Shown: one piece after another, positions 19,452-28,448 of the stretch | How positions within the stretch are numbered: position 1 is the stretch's first letter | Layout of the letters: each line of letters starts with the position of its first letter | Assembly: GCA_963706325.1 (NCBI GenBank) | Contig: CAVPLT010000001.1 | Span: forward strand, 64,001 to 128,000 | DNA: 64,000 nucleotides | Source: an uncultured Nitrospiraceae bacterium | GTDB lineage: Bacteria > Nitrospirota > Nitrospiria > Nitrospirales > Nitrospiraceae | Direction: 5' to 3' | Notes under the pieces: generated by a model | What the model saw: only the letters and a program-made list of their open reading frames with translations | Told to the model about the DNA's origin: nothing | The model's database searches: none | Program-made: the position numbers and the translations under genes

Positions 19452-21170
19452 ATGAGCCACTTCTTACAATTACTCACGATATTGTTCGCCATCGGTGCTC
19501 CACTTTTCGCCAGCGTTGCAATCGCCCTACTCGGAGAACGCGAGAACGAGCGAAGTGCCATGATCGGCATTGGGGCATTGGCCCTTTCCACTTGCGCGGC
19601 CCTCTTCTCGCTTTATCAACTCAGTGGCGACCCCACTGCCTTTCGACTGTCGGGGCCGCCGGCATCTCTCATTCCTATTGTGCTGGTGGATCGCCTCGCC
19701 GCGGTCATGATGGTGCTGATCACCGGCGTGAGTCTCGTCATCCACGTCTATTCCCAGCGATACATGCGCGACGATCCAGGCTACGTCAGGTTCTTCGGCC
19801 TACTCAGCCTTTTGACCTTCGTGTTGTTGTGCCTCGTCACCAGCGGGCATTTGCTCTGGCTCTTCCTGTCCTGGCATGCCGTCACCTGGCTACTCAGGAG
19901 CCTGCTTACCTTCCATGTCGGAAACGCAGCAGCCCGACTAGCGGGACGCACGACCCTGCGGGTGCACGGCATCGGCGATGCCGCTTTTGTCTGCGCGATC
20001 ATTTTGGCCTATGCGACCTTCCACACATTCGACTTGTCGGAACTTTTTGATCTGGCGAACGGCGCCGCCGGCGCCACGACGATCTGGGAGGGAACATGGT
20101 TTGAGATACGGTCCGTGACGCTCATCACGCTTCTGCTGGTGGTGACCGTCATGACCAAATCCGCGCAGTTTCCCTTTCATGTGTGGCTGGCCGGCACCAT
20201 TGAAGCTCCGACTCCGGTTTCAGCCATGCTGCATGCGGGCATTGTGAATGCCGGAGGATTTCTCATAAACCGGTTGGCGCCCCTGTTTGGAATGGCCCCC
20301 ACCACGCTTTACGTGCTCTTTATCGTCGGCGCACTGACTGCCCTCATCGGAGCGGCGACCATGTTGACTCAGCCCAGCATCAAACGGACGCTCGTTTATT
20401 CCACCATGGGTCAGATGGGATACATGATCATGGAATGCGGCCTCGGGGCGTTCGCCTTGGCTGTGTTCCACCTCTGTGCGCATGGCCTATTCAAGGCAAC
20501 ATTATTTTTGAATTCCGGGTCGAACATCCATAAGGCACGAACCGAATTCAAGCTCCCCGATTCGCACAGCACACGGGATACCAGAGCATTTGCCTTCTTG
20601 CCATGGCTCACGGGCCTTGCCATTACGCTCATCCTTCCGCTGATCATCGTGCTCATGGCGCATGGAGTGGTGAACATTCCGCTCTTCGAAACGCAAGGCA
20701 CCCTGATTTTTCTCTTCTTTGCCTGGGTCACGTCCGCTCAAGCGACGTTCAGTCTCTATCGGCTCAACGCCGTCGGATCATGGAAGGTGTCTTTCACGAT
20801 GGTCGCCACCTTGTCCTTCATCGGGTTGACCTATCTGTGGGCTGGAGAGGCCTTTACTCATTTCCTGTACCCGGCCCAAGGCCAAACGGCGGCCTACTTC
20901 GAGGCGGCCGCTTGGAATCAGCGCCTCTTCGACGCTTTCGTCGCCCTTTCTACATTCCTGATTGTGGCCGTTTGGGTACTCCTTTACGGAAAGGCCCACG
21001 GGATGCGATTGCTGCTTCCTCACCGCCTCGACGAACTCCGCGACCGCCTCTACGTCGCCCTGCTCAATGGGCTGTATGTGGAAGCCTTGCTCCGCGCAGC
21101 TGGAGCCACCCTCGGCCGCAAGCCGGGCGGTGGACGCGAGAAACGGTCGTCTGAAGGACTGGCTCAATGA
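19452..21170 (+). CDS. dabB: DAB inorganic carbon pump membrane subunit (NuoL/MrpA-like)
   Basis: KSAQFPFHVWL, EAPTPVSAMLHAGIVNAGG, YSTMGQMG, HGLFKATLFL; ATGA overlap with the DUF2309 gene. Confidence 0.88.
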   Translation: MSHFLQLLTILFAIGAPLFASVAIALLGERENERSAMIGIGALALSTCAALFSLYQLSGDPTAFRLSGPPASLIPIVLVDRLAAVMMVLITGVSLVIHVYSQRYMRDDPGYVRFFGLLSLLTFVLLCLVTSGHLLWLFLSWHAVTWLLRSLLTFHVGNAAARLAGRTTLRVHGIGDAAFVCAIILAYATFHTFDLSELFDLANGAAGATTIWEGTWFEIRSVTLITLLLVVTVMTKSAQFPFHVWLAGTIEAPTPVSAMLHAGIVNAGGFLINRLAPLFGMAPTTLYVLFIVGALTALIGAATMLTQPSIKRTLVYSTMGQMGYMIMECGLGAFALAVFHLCAHGLFKATLFLNSGSNIHKARTEFKLPDSHSTRDTRAFAFLPWLTGLAITLILPLIIVLMAHGVVNIPLFETQGTLIFLFFAWVTSAQATFSLYRLNAVGSWKVSFTMVATLSFIGLTYLWAGEAFTHFLYPAQGQTAAYFEAAAWNQRLFDAFVALSTFLIVAVWVLLYGKAHGMRLLLPHRLDELRDRLYVALLNGLYVEALLRAAGATLGRKPGGGREKRSSEGLAQ

Positions 21171-24100
21171 CCACGCCCCGTCTACAGCCATTTACCGATG
21201 CGCAGCGAATGGAGTTACGGTCCTACGTGCAATTGGCGGGAGAAGCCATCGCGCAATATTGGCCGATGCGCACCTTTATCCATCACAATCCACTCCATGG
21301 TTTGGAAGCGTTGCCGTTCGATGAGGCGGTGAAGCGCGGCGCGCACCTGTTCGGCGGACGGGGATATCTCCATAATGAGATCTTTCGCGGATACTTGCAG
21401 CAGGGGCGCATCCTCAGCAGGGACCTGCGCGAAGCCCTTGCCCCCCTCGCGACCGGCAAAGAAGTCATGTTTGGAGAGCGCCGTACGACCCACCTCGATG
21501 TGCTGATCGCCTCCATGAGCCAAGGGGTCACCGAGCCGTTGCCTCGCGGCAATGGTGCTCACGGGAAGGCGGAGGCAGACGCAGAACTCATCGAAGCCGT
21601 CGCCCTTCATCTTGCGACGATCTTTCCTGCGCGACCGGCCGACTCGTCACCGCCTCCTCCCCAATGGGATCCCAACGCCTTACCCCGTCGCGAGTCCCTC
21701 AGTACGTGGTGCGATCAGACTCTGGGCACCACAATTGTAGAAACGATCAATCAAGAATTGGTCAAGTGGTGTAGCGTCTTTTTAGATGAGGGAGAGGCCG
21801 GTTGGGCCATGCCTCACCGAGATAAGAAGTTCTTTCGTGCCTGGAAGTCTCTGGCCCAATATGACGGAGTCCTTCGATGCCTGGGCATCAAAGAAGCCGG
21901 TCAACGAATTCGCGCGCTGCCGGATAGGACAGAGGACGCCGTGCTGGACAGTCTGGGCACACTCACACTGCCAAAACCGGTATGGGAAGAGTACTTGTCG
22001 CTTCACTTGGCGGCCTTGCCAGGCTGGACGGGCTACATCAAATGGCGTTCGAACCAGGACAAGTATCCCTGGCAACAACAATTTCCCATCGACCTCGTGA
22101 AATATTTGGCAGTGCGTCTGTTTTACGAACGGGAACTTGTGGAGCATGCATGCCGAAGCCACCTCGGGTTCGGGGGAACCTACGATGAGATTCGAACATT
22201 CATGGATGAATCACCTCATGCGTACTGGCTACGGCGTGAATGGATAGCAGGGCGCCTTTCGCCGACCTATGCCGACCTGACCCGGAAACTCGCATACTCC
22301 GACCGACGATTCGAACCGGCAGCCTGGGAAGAATTGGGCCGCACACAGTTCGCACTCCACGCGAAAGAGGATGACCAGCAGGGTCCCATGAAATCGGCGA
22401 CCTTCTTGGTACGACTGACTCGCGCGCTGGCAGTGCCCCTCTCCGCGATTGAATCAAGTTCCCCGTCCGACCTGACGACGATCCTCGATTGGCTCACCGG
22501 ATTTCCTCCTTCAGAGCACGGAGCCCGCTGGCTGGATGCGTTTGAGGCGAATCATCGGCGGCATCTGTTGCATGATCTCGGCATCGCCGCCGCTCGATAT
22601 GATGCCACCCCCCCACCGCAAGGCGATAGCCTCTCGCGGCCGCTCGCTCAAGTCGTATTCTGTATCGATGTGCGTTCGGAAGTCTTTCGCCGCCACCTTG
22701 AGCACCGCGGAGGGTACGAGACGTTGGGGCTGGCCGGATTTTTCGGCGTTCCTCTGGACTATCAGCCTTTCAGCACGCACGTGACGGTCTCCCAATGCCC
22801 CGTGCTTCTGAAACCGAAAAACCAGATTCGAGAAGTGCCTCGAAGTTATCATGGGAACTTGGCCGAGCGACACAAAACGGCGGCGCTGCTGGGAGAGGCC
22901 GGGCACCAATTACTGCACGATCTGAAGGAGAACGTGATCACGCCTTATGTGATGGTGGAGGCGCTCGGTTGGTTTTTCGGATTGCCGCTCTTTGGAAAAA
23001 CGTTGTTCCCTCGCTGGTATCACAACAGCATTCGTTGGATAAAGGAGGCGCTCCTTCCTTCGATTGCCACCACCTTGACGGTAGAAAAAATCTCGCGCGA
23101 TGCGGCGGATGACATGATCACCACGGAGCAGCATGCCCACATTCGAGAGATCCTTCGTGAACGGTTCGGACTCCGGGGCACAGCCCTCTCTCCGGCCCTG
23201 TTGGATACCATTCGAAAAAAAGCCCTCGGTCATGCGGAGGGACTCAACGGCGAGGTCGCGCGGGTGCTGGGGCTTGGTCAGGAAGCGGAAGAAGCCTTCT
23301 ATCGGGAATTGCGTGAGCGTTATCGAATCAGTCTACAAGGCATTTCTGATCGGCTGGACCGTCTCACACACACCGGGTTCTCGGTCACGGAGCAGGCGTA
23401 TTTTGTCGAGGCAGCCCTGAGACTCATGGGCCTCACCTCAAATTTCGCGCGCGTCGTTTTGTTCTGCGCGCATGGCAGCACCTCTCAAAACAATCCCTAC
23501 GAATCGGCGCTCGATTGCGGGGCCTGCGGCGGAAACCACGGACTGCCCAATGCCAGGGCTATCGCCACAATGGGCAACAGCCCCGGCGTTCGAGAAATCT
23601 TACGTGGGCGCGGCATCAAGATCCCTAGCGACACCCATTTCTTCGCGGCCGAGCATGACACGACCGCCGATCAAGTCCGCATCGTCGATCTGGAGGACGT
23701 CCCCCCGACACATCGGAAAGATCTCCAGCGGCTTATCACGGATCTGGAAGAGGCCGGAGCACAGACGGCCCTTGAGCGCGGCATCAGGCTGGAAATGCTT
23801 GTCGAATCAACTCAGGCCCACCGCGCCCGCCAACTGGCCGGCAGGCGGAGCGAGCATTGGGCGGAGGTCCGCCCCGAATGGGGACTCTCGCGGAACAGTC
23901 TCATGGTAATCGGACGACGCGACTTGACCCAGTCCGTGAATCTCCAGGGACGCGCGTTTCTTCACTCCTACGACTATCGGCAAGATGGCTCGGGAAGATT
24001 GCTCGAAAGCATCATGACCGCGCCGCTGGTGGTCGCGCAGTGGATCAACATGGAGCACTACTTCTCGACCGTCGACAACGAGGTCTATGGAAGCGGCAGC

Positions 24101-24436
24101 AAAGCCTATCACAATGTGGTCGGTCGAATCGGCGTCATGACCGGCGGAGCAAGCGACATGCGCCTCGGATTGCCGGCCCAAACCGTTCTCAAGGGTCAGA
24201 TGCCTTACCATGAACCCATGCGCCTCTTGGCCGTGATCGAAGCCCCCAGAGTGCGCATCCAGTCGATCATCGACCAGCACCCACATCTCGAGCAGCTGGT
24301 CACCCAGCGGTGGATTACAGTCGTGGCACTCAATCCGGAGGACCACACATTTGAGCGCTATGACAGTGTGAACGGATGGAGAGGAGGAGGAGCAGACGAT
24401 GATCAGTTTGACACTGCATCTCATGAAGGAGATTAA
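21167..24436 (+). CDS. dabA: DAB soluble subunit (DUF2309/UPF0753, beta-carbonic-anhydrase-like)
   Basis: WPMRTFIHHNPL; Zn ligands FCIDVRSE, AHGS..NNP, LDCGACGG; also EVRPEWGL and HEPMRL. Confidence 0.93.
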   Translation: MTTPRLQPFTDAQRMELRSYVQLAGEAIAQYWPMRTFIHHNPLHGLEALPFDEAVKRGAHLFGGRGYLHNEIFRGYLQQGRILSRDLREALAPLATGKEVMFGERRTTHLDVLIASMSQGVTEPLPRGNGAHGKAEADAELIEAVALHLATIFPARPADSSPPPPQWDPNALPRRESLSTWCDQTLGTTIVETINQELVKWCSVFLDEGEAGWAMPHRDKKFFRAWKSLAQYDGVLRCLGIKEAGQRIRALPDRTEDAVLDSLGTLTLPKPVWEEYLSLHLAALPGWTGYIKWRSNQDKYPWQQQFPIDLVKYLAVRLFYERELVEHACRSHLGFGGTYDEIRTFMDESPHAYWLRREWIAGRLSPTYADLTRKLAYSDRRFEPAAWEELGRTQFALHAKEDDQQGPMKSATFLVRLTRALAVPLSAIESSSPSDLTTILDWLTGFPPSEHGARWLDAFEANHRRHLLHDLGIAAARYDATPPPQGDSLSRPLAQVVFCIDVRSEVFRRHLEHRGGYETLGLAGFFGVPLDYQPFSTHVTVSQCPVLLKPKNQIREVPRSYHGNLAERHKTAALLGEAGHQLLHDLKENVITPYVMVEALGWFFGLPLFGKTLFPRWYHNSIRWIKEALLPSIATTLTVEKISRDAADDMITTEQHAHIREILRERFGLRGTALSPALLDTIRKKALGHAEGLNGEVARVLGLGQEAEEAFYRELRERYRISLQGISDRLDRLTHTGFSVTEQAYFVEAALRLMGLTSNFARVVLFCAHGSTSQNNPYESALDCGACGGNHGLPNARAIATMGNSPGVREILRGRGIKIPSDTHFFAAEHDTTADQVRIVDLEDVPPTHRKDLQRLITDLEEAGAQTALERGIRLEMLVESTQAHRARQLAGRRSEHWAEVRPEWGLSRNSLMVIGRRDLTQSVNLQGRAFLHSYDYRQDGSGRLLESIMTAPLVVAQWINMEHYFSTVDNEVYGSGSKAYHNVVGRIGVMTGGASDMRLGLPAQTVLKGQMPYHEPMRLLAVIEAPRVRIQSIIDQHPHLEQLVTQRWITVVALNPEDHTFERYDSVNGWRGGGADDDQFDTASHEGD

Positions 24437-24728
24437 GATCGTGGTTCAGGGCGACCATGTGAACCATGTCACCGACCTGCTCAACCGAGTCGGCGCGTCC
24501 GGCTATACGATCATCAACAGCGTATCCGGGAAAGGCCACCACGGATTCCACGAAGGGCATCTGCTGTTCAACGACACGAGCAGTCAGGTCATTGTGTTTA
24601 CCGTCGTGCCAAACGACAAGGTCGATCCGATCCTGTCCGGGCTGGGCCCGCTTTTCAATAAACATTCCGGCGCCATGTTCGTCACAGACGTAGCGGTCAG
24701 CCGACGAGAGCATTTCGCAGGCCAGTGA
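24399..24728 (+). CDS. PII-superfamily (SbtB-like) regulator
   Basis: MKEIKIVV, GASGYTI..VSGKG, C-terminal VAVSRREHF; strong RBS GAGGAGGAGG; overlaps the end of dabA. Confidence 0.85.
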   Translation: MISLTLHLMKEIKIVVQGDHVNHVTDLLNRVGASGYTIINSVSGKGHHGFHEGHLLFNDTSSQVIVFTVVPNDKVDPILSGLGPLFNKHSGAMFVTDVAVSRREHFAGQ

Positions 24729-24991
24729 TGAAGGCAGGACAGCGGGAGCGTATGTCTGCTCCTGAGGCCTTGAACACCCGCCGCCAGAGGCTGCCTGTCA
24801 CTTCCCATACCGCGACCGGCTCACCCAATCATTTTTGTGTAGCATTTATCGTGGCGAAGCCTGTCGGCTGAGCTGATCGCTCACACCTCAGTTGGCTTGT
24901 ACGGCAGAAGCAACGACTCGAAGCGAGTGGGACTGAATGGCGACGGAGGAAGGAGCACAGGTACGAGCCCGCCGCCCGCACCTGCGAGAAG

Positions 24992-25666
24992 CTATTTCAC
25001 CTTGGAAAAATCGGCCTCGAACTGCTGGAGTTGCCCATCTTGCAATGTCACGATCACAGTGGTCTTGACGTTGGGATCGAACGTGTCGTAACCGAATCGG
25101 GCGGTAAAACGCGAACGGTAGGCAGGACCTGCGACCTCATTTTTCCTGCCTCGGTCGGCCGGACTGATGTCCACCGGACGAATATTCTTCCCCTTCTGCT
25201 GAAACACGATGTCGGCCTTTTCGGCAAAGTACTCATCATCTCCGCAGAGTTGCACTTCGATTTCCATGTTCGGCATGTCCATGACCTTCTGGATAAACTC
25301 CTCGGGCATGCGCACTTCCTTCTTCTGCTTTTTCGATTCGGCCGCCTCCTGCCGACCGAACGCTTCGAGCCGATAACGCTTCGTGCGCAGGATGGCACTC
25401 GCGCCACATTGATCCTTTTCCGGGTCCGCGCCCACGCGCGTGACCATCGAGGCCTGTTGCAACACTTTCTTTACATCTTCAGGCGAATTGGCCTTTTCCA
25501 TCGGCGTCCGCCCGGCTTCCAAGGCCTTCTTGGCCTCATCGGGGGTCAACTTGGTGTCGATGGCCCACGCCATCCCGCTGATTCCCAACACGATCGACCC
25601 CAAGAGCAGCCCGACCATGCTGCGGGCGCCCTGGCGCCGAGCTGCCATTTCACTATGAGTGCGCAT
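24992..25666 (-). CDS. Hypothetical exported protein
   Basis: RBS AGGGAGGT before ATG 25666, signal-peptide-like segment ending MAWA, coding-like composition. Confidence 0.75.
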   Translation of the reverse strand: MRTHSEMAARRQGARSMVGLLLGSIVLGISGMAWAIDTKLTPDEAKKALEAGRTPMEKANSPEDVKKVLQQASMVTRVGADPEKDQCGASAILRTKRYRLEAFGRQEAAESKKQKKEVRMPEEFIQKVMDMPNMEIEVQLCGDDEYFAEKADIVFQQKGKNIRPVDISPADRGRKNEVAGPAYRSRFTARFGYDTFDPNVKTTVIVTLQDGQLQQFEADFSKVK

Positions 25667-26156
25667 GAGTACCTCCCTGACGCGTCTCTGAACAATGGGC
25701 CGCATTGTAAAGGGATGGGGAATGCTACGGCAAGAGGGACAGGCACATGTTGGTACGACGCGGACAGGTCTGATCCGTAAGCTGCGAATCGCGGGCTCAC
25801 AGGTGTGGAAGTCGCTCTAGACTCCGGATTTCGATCTGGCCGTGGTGTGGTTTGGCTGGTGCAGGCCTTCGTGACTGCTACCCGTTTTGAGTATAAAACT
25901 GCTACCCGGAGGGCCTCGCTTCGCGAATACTCTATTGGGGACGTGGCACGCGCAACGCGACGCAAAGATGCGCCGCAAAGACTTTGCTCCAGGGCAAATG
26001 CGGCTCCTCTGGGATGCGTTGAAGCCCTCGGTTGATCCCACCCAAGAGCGGGTCGCGGTCTCCAGACCGTTCCTACACCTCGCGCACATCTAGACAGCCG
26101 ACTAGGATGTCAGTAAGCTGGGGTTCTGCCTAGCTGCTTTATTTTGGAGGTCCCCG

Positions 26157-26345
26157 ATGAAGGTTTTTCGGAAACAGGTCGCTGAATACATCCGTGCGGC
26201 TGAAACCCTTTTATCACCTGCTTCTCTCGGAGAGCCTTTGACCAAAGATGAGTGCCACGTCGTAGAGCTGTACTCCAAGTCGATTGCTGATCATTGTGAT
26301 AGCCTCGGACACGGCACGACTGAAGAGTCATGCTCGGTGAGCTGA
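26157..26345 (+). CDS. Small hypothetical protein (62 aa, three Cys)
   Basis: GGAGGT RBS a few nt before ATG; amphipathic helical pattern; ends EESCSVS. Confidence 0.6.
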   Translation: MKVFRKQVAEYIRAAETLLSPASLGEPLTKDECHVVELYSKSIADHCDSLGHGTTEESCSVS

Positions 26346-26623
26346 ACCTTGTTCGACAGGCCCGCCCCTCCATCCCCTCCCCGGTTGGGGGCAGAATCGA
26401 TTCTGGACTTCCCTTCAACCATCAACCACGTGAGTATTTGACTCTGCTCCATGTCGGGCAACACATGTATGCGCAAATATTAGATGGGCTGGGTTGGATC
26501 TTCTATCCGTTTCGACCCGAAAACTGCTACCAGCTTGACGAGACATCTTCAAAAAAAATGGCGTAGGTTGGCGAACTGCAAAAGGACGGGGAAGAAAATT
26601 TCAATATCACGCTCCCTCTCACG

Positions 26624-27304
26624 CTAGGGATTAAATCGAGCCCAGTTCGGATAGGGCTTGAGGGCATAGAGTCGATCCACATCCACTGGGCACGGCACGC
26701 CACGCAGCCGCAACATGTCTGCGACCATACGTACCGGAAGTCCCACCGCGGCGGTGTAGTCACCTTCGATCCTATCGATGAGCGTCCCACCGGCCCCTTG
26801 AATGGAGTAGGCACCTGCCTTGCCGAGGCTCTCTTCGGTTTGCAGGTAGGCGGCCAGAGCATTCTCATCCAAGGTCTTCATAAAAACCCCCACCGTCGCG
26901 ACCTGCACATCGCAGAACCCACGAGTGTGCTCCACAAGCGCGACCGCAGTGAAAATCGTATGCGTCCGTCCAGACATTCGCCTGAGCATCGCGCCGGCAT
27001 CGATCAGATCACGTGGTTTTCCCAACACCTCTGAGTCCAAGCTGATTAAAGTGTCGCTGCCGAGAATGAGCGCATCGGGATACTGGGGCGCGGACGATAG
27101 GGCCTTTCCCCTCGCAAACTCCGCCACCTGCCGACCGGCAGGAAGATGCGGTTTCACCTGCTCGACGAACGGCGGGACCATGACCTCGAAGGGCAATCCG
27201 AGGAATGTGAGCAATTCCTTCCGCCTCGGTGAAGTGGAAGCCAGGACAAGTCGTGTGCTGGGATTAGGACGCACAGGGTTGAGATGGCTGAGACTCGACG
27301 GCAA
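26624..27304 (-). CDS. maf: Maf-family nucleoside triphosphate pyrophosphatase (YhdE-type)
   Basis: LVLASTSPRRKELL, GSDT, LGKP, GKAGAYSIQG, VGLP. Start TTG 27304 or GTG 27274; both overlap the dus stop. Confidence 0.92.
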   Translation of the reverse strand: MPSSLSHLNPVRPNPSTRLVLASTSPRRKELLTFLGLPFEVMVPPFVEQVKPHLPAGRQVAEFARGKALSSAPQYPDALILGSDTLISLDSEVLGKPRDLIDAGAMLRRMSGRTHTIFTAVALVEHTRGFCDVQVATVGVFMKTLDENALAAYLQTEESLGKAGAYSIQGAGGTLIDRIEGDYTAAVGLPVRMVADMLRLRGVPCPVDVDRLYALKPYPNWARFNP

Positions 27305-28448
27305 TTGTTTCGGCAGGATTGATGTCGTCCCTCATGAGATGGCTGCAACATTCTGCCACCACGCACTCGACCTCTCGAGGATGTGTCACCTGGAACATCC
27401 TGCCGCGCATCGCCGCAGCATGCGGGAACCCTGTGCAGTACCAGCCGAGATGTTTGCGAATGGACCGGAATCCTTCTAACCCGGCAATGGCTTCATACTG
27501 CCGCGCATGATCCAACATTACGTGCATCCGCTGGTTGAGTGAGATCTTCGGCTCCCAGGCCGTGGTCTCAAACAGTGACAGGTCGGCTTGCTCCCTGAAC
27601 ACCCGCCGGGCCAATTCCTTCCGGCGAAAAAACCACGGCGCGCCTAACGTTCCTCGCCCGACCAAGACCCCGTGCACGTGGGTTTCGGCAATACGGCGGA
27701 TCGCCGCCACCAATGAGTTGACATCCCCATTCCCGAGAATCAACGTATCGGTGCCGCGGGCCAGCTTGGCGGCTTCGGCGATGGCCGACCAATCAGCGGC
27801 TCCTCGGTACATCTGCTGGAGTGTTCGCCCATGTAAGGTAATCGCAGCCGGCGCAGCCTCCAGCAAATGGTCCACCCAGCGTTCGACCACGACACAGTCA
27901 AATCCCAGCCGCGTTTTGATAGAGAGTGGCAGCAGCCGGCGCGGAACTGTCGGCGTACCCGTGCGACTGCGGTTCAGCGTGTGAATGAACTCAATGCGAG
28001 CCGGCTTAAATCCCTGCGTCTCAATTACCTGACCGGTAGCCCAATCGGCCAAGCCTTGCCTCGCGGCCCTCACAATTTCATGGGCTAGATCCGGCGTTTT
28101 AATCAATGCCGCCCCTGACCCAGAGGCCGCCACATTCTTTGAAGGGCAGCCCATATTGATATCAAGCCCGTCGAATCCAAGTTCACAGACCACCTGCGCC
28201 GCACGATAAAACTGATCCGGATCTTTGCCATACAACTGCGCCACAATCGGGCGTTCAGCCTCGCTATAGATCAATGATGACAGCAGATGGTCCGGACCAC
28301 GACAGATCTCACTGACATTCGTGAACTCGGTAAAGGTAATGTCCGGACGACCCTGAGAAGCTACTACTCGCCGAAAGGTGGCATCGGTGACTCCATCCAT
28401 CGGCGCCAACCCCAAAATAGGCTGGGGGAGCATCGTCCAAAAGCTCAT
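27264..28448 (-). CDS. dus: tRNA-dihydrouridine synthase family flavoprotein
   Basis: LAPMDGVTD, DINMGCP, SIKTRLG, LHGRT, GNGDV, RKHLGWY. ATG 28448 overlaps the upstream stop (ATGA). Confidence 0.9.
   Translation of the reverse strand: MSFWTMLPQPILGLAPMDGVTDATFRRVVASQGRPDITFTEFTNVSEICRGPDHLLSSLIYSEAERPIVAQLYGKDPDQFYRAAQVVCELGFDGLDINMGCPSKNVAASGSGAALIKTPDLAHEIVRAARQGLADWATGQVIETQGFKPARIEFIHTLNRSRTGTPTVPRRLLPLSIKTRLGFDCVVVERWVDHLLEAAPAAITLHGRTLQQMYRGAADWSAIAEAAKLARGTDTLILGNGDVNSLVAAIRRIAETHVHGVLVGRGTLGAPWFFRRKELARRVFREQADLSLFETTAWEPKISLNQRMHVMLDHARQYEAIAGLEGFRSIRKHLGWYCTGFPHAAAMRGRMFQVTHPREVECVVAECCSHLMRDDINPAETIAVESQPSQPCAS

Noticed and set aside
19452..21170. Complex I nuoL or Mrp antiporter subunit
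   Set aside because: No other nuo or mrp genes nearby; coupling to DUF2309 identifies it as DabB.
25706..26156. Possible tRNA/ncRNA or sigma54 promoter (TGGCACGCGCAACGC, 25944-25958)
   Set aside because: No cloverleaf or T-loop motif; the -12 element is weak and no clear target ORF follows closely.
26330..26566. 78-aa ORF after the small Cys protein
   Set aside because: No clear RBS or start codon and no recognisable motif.
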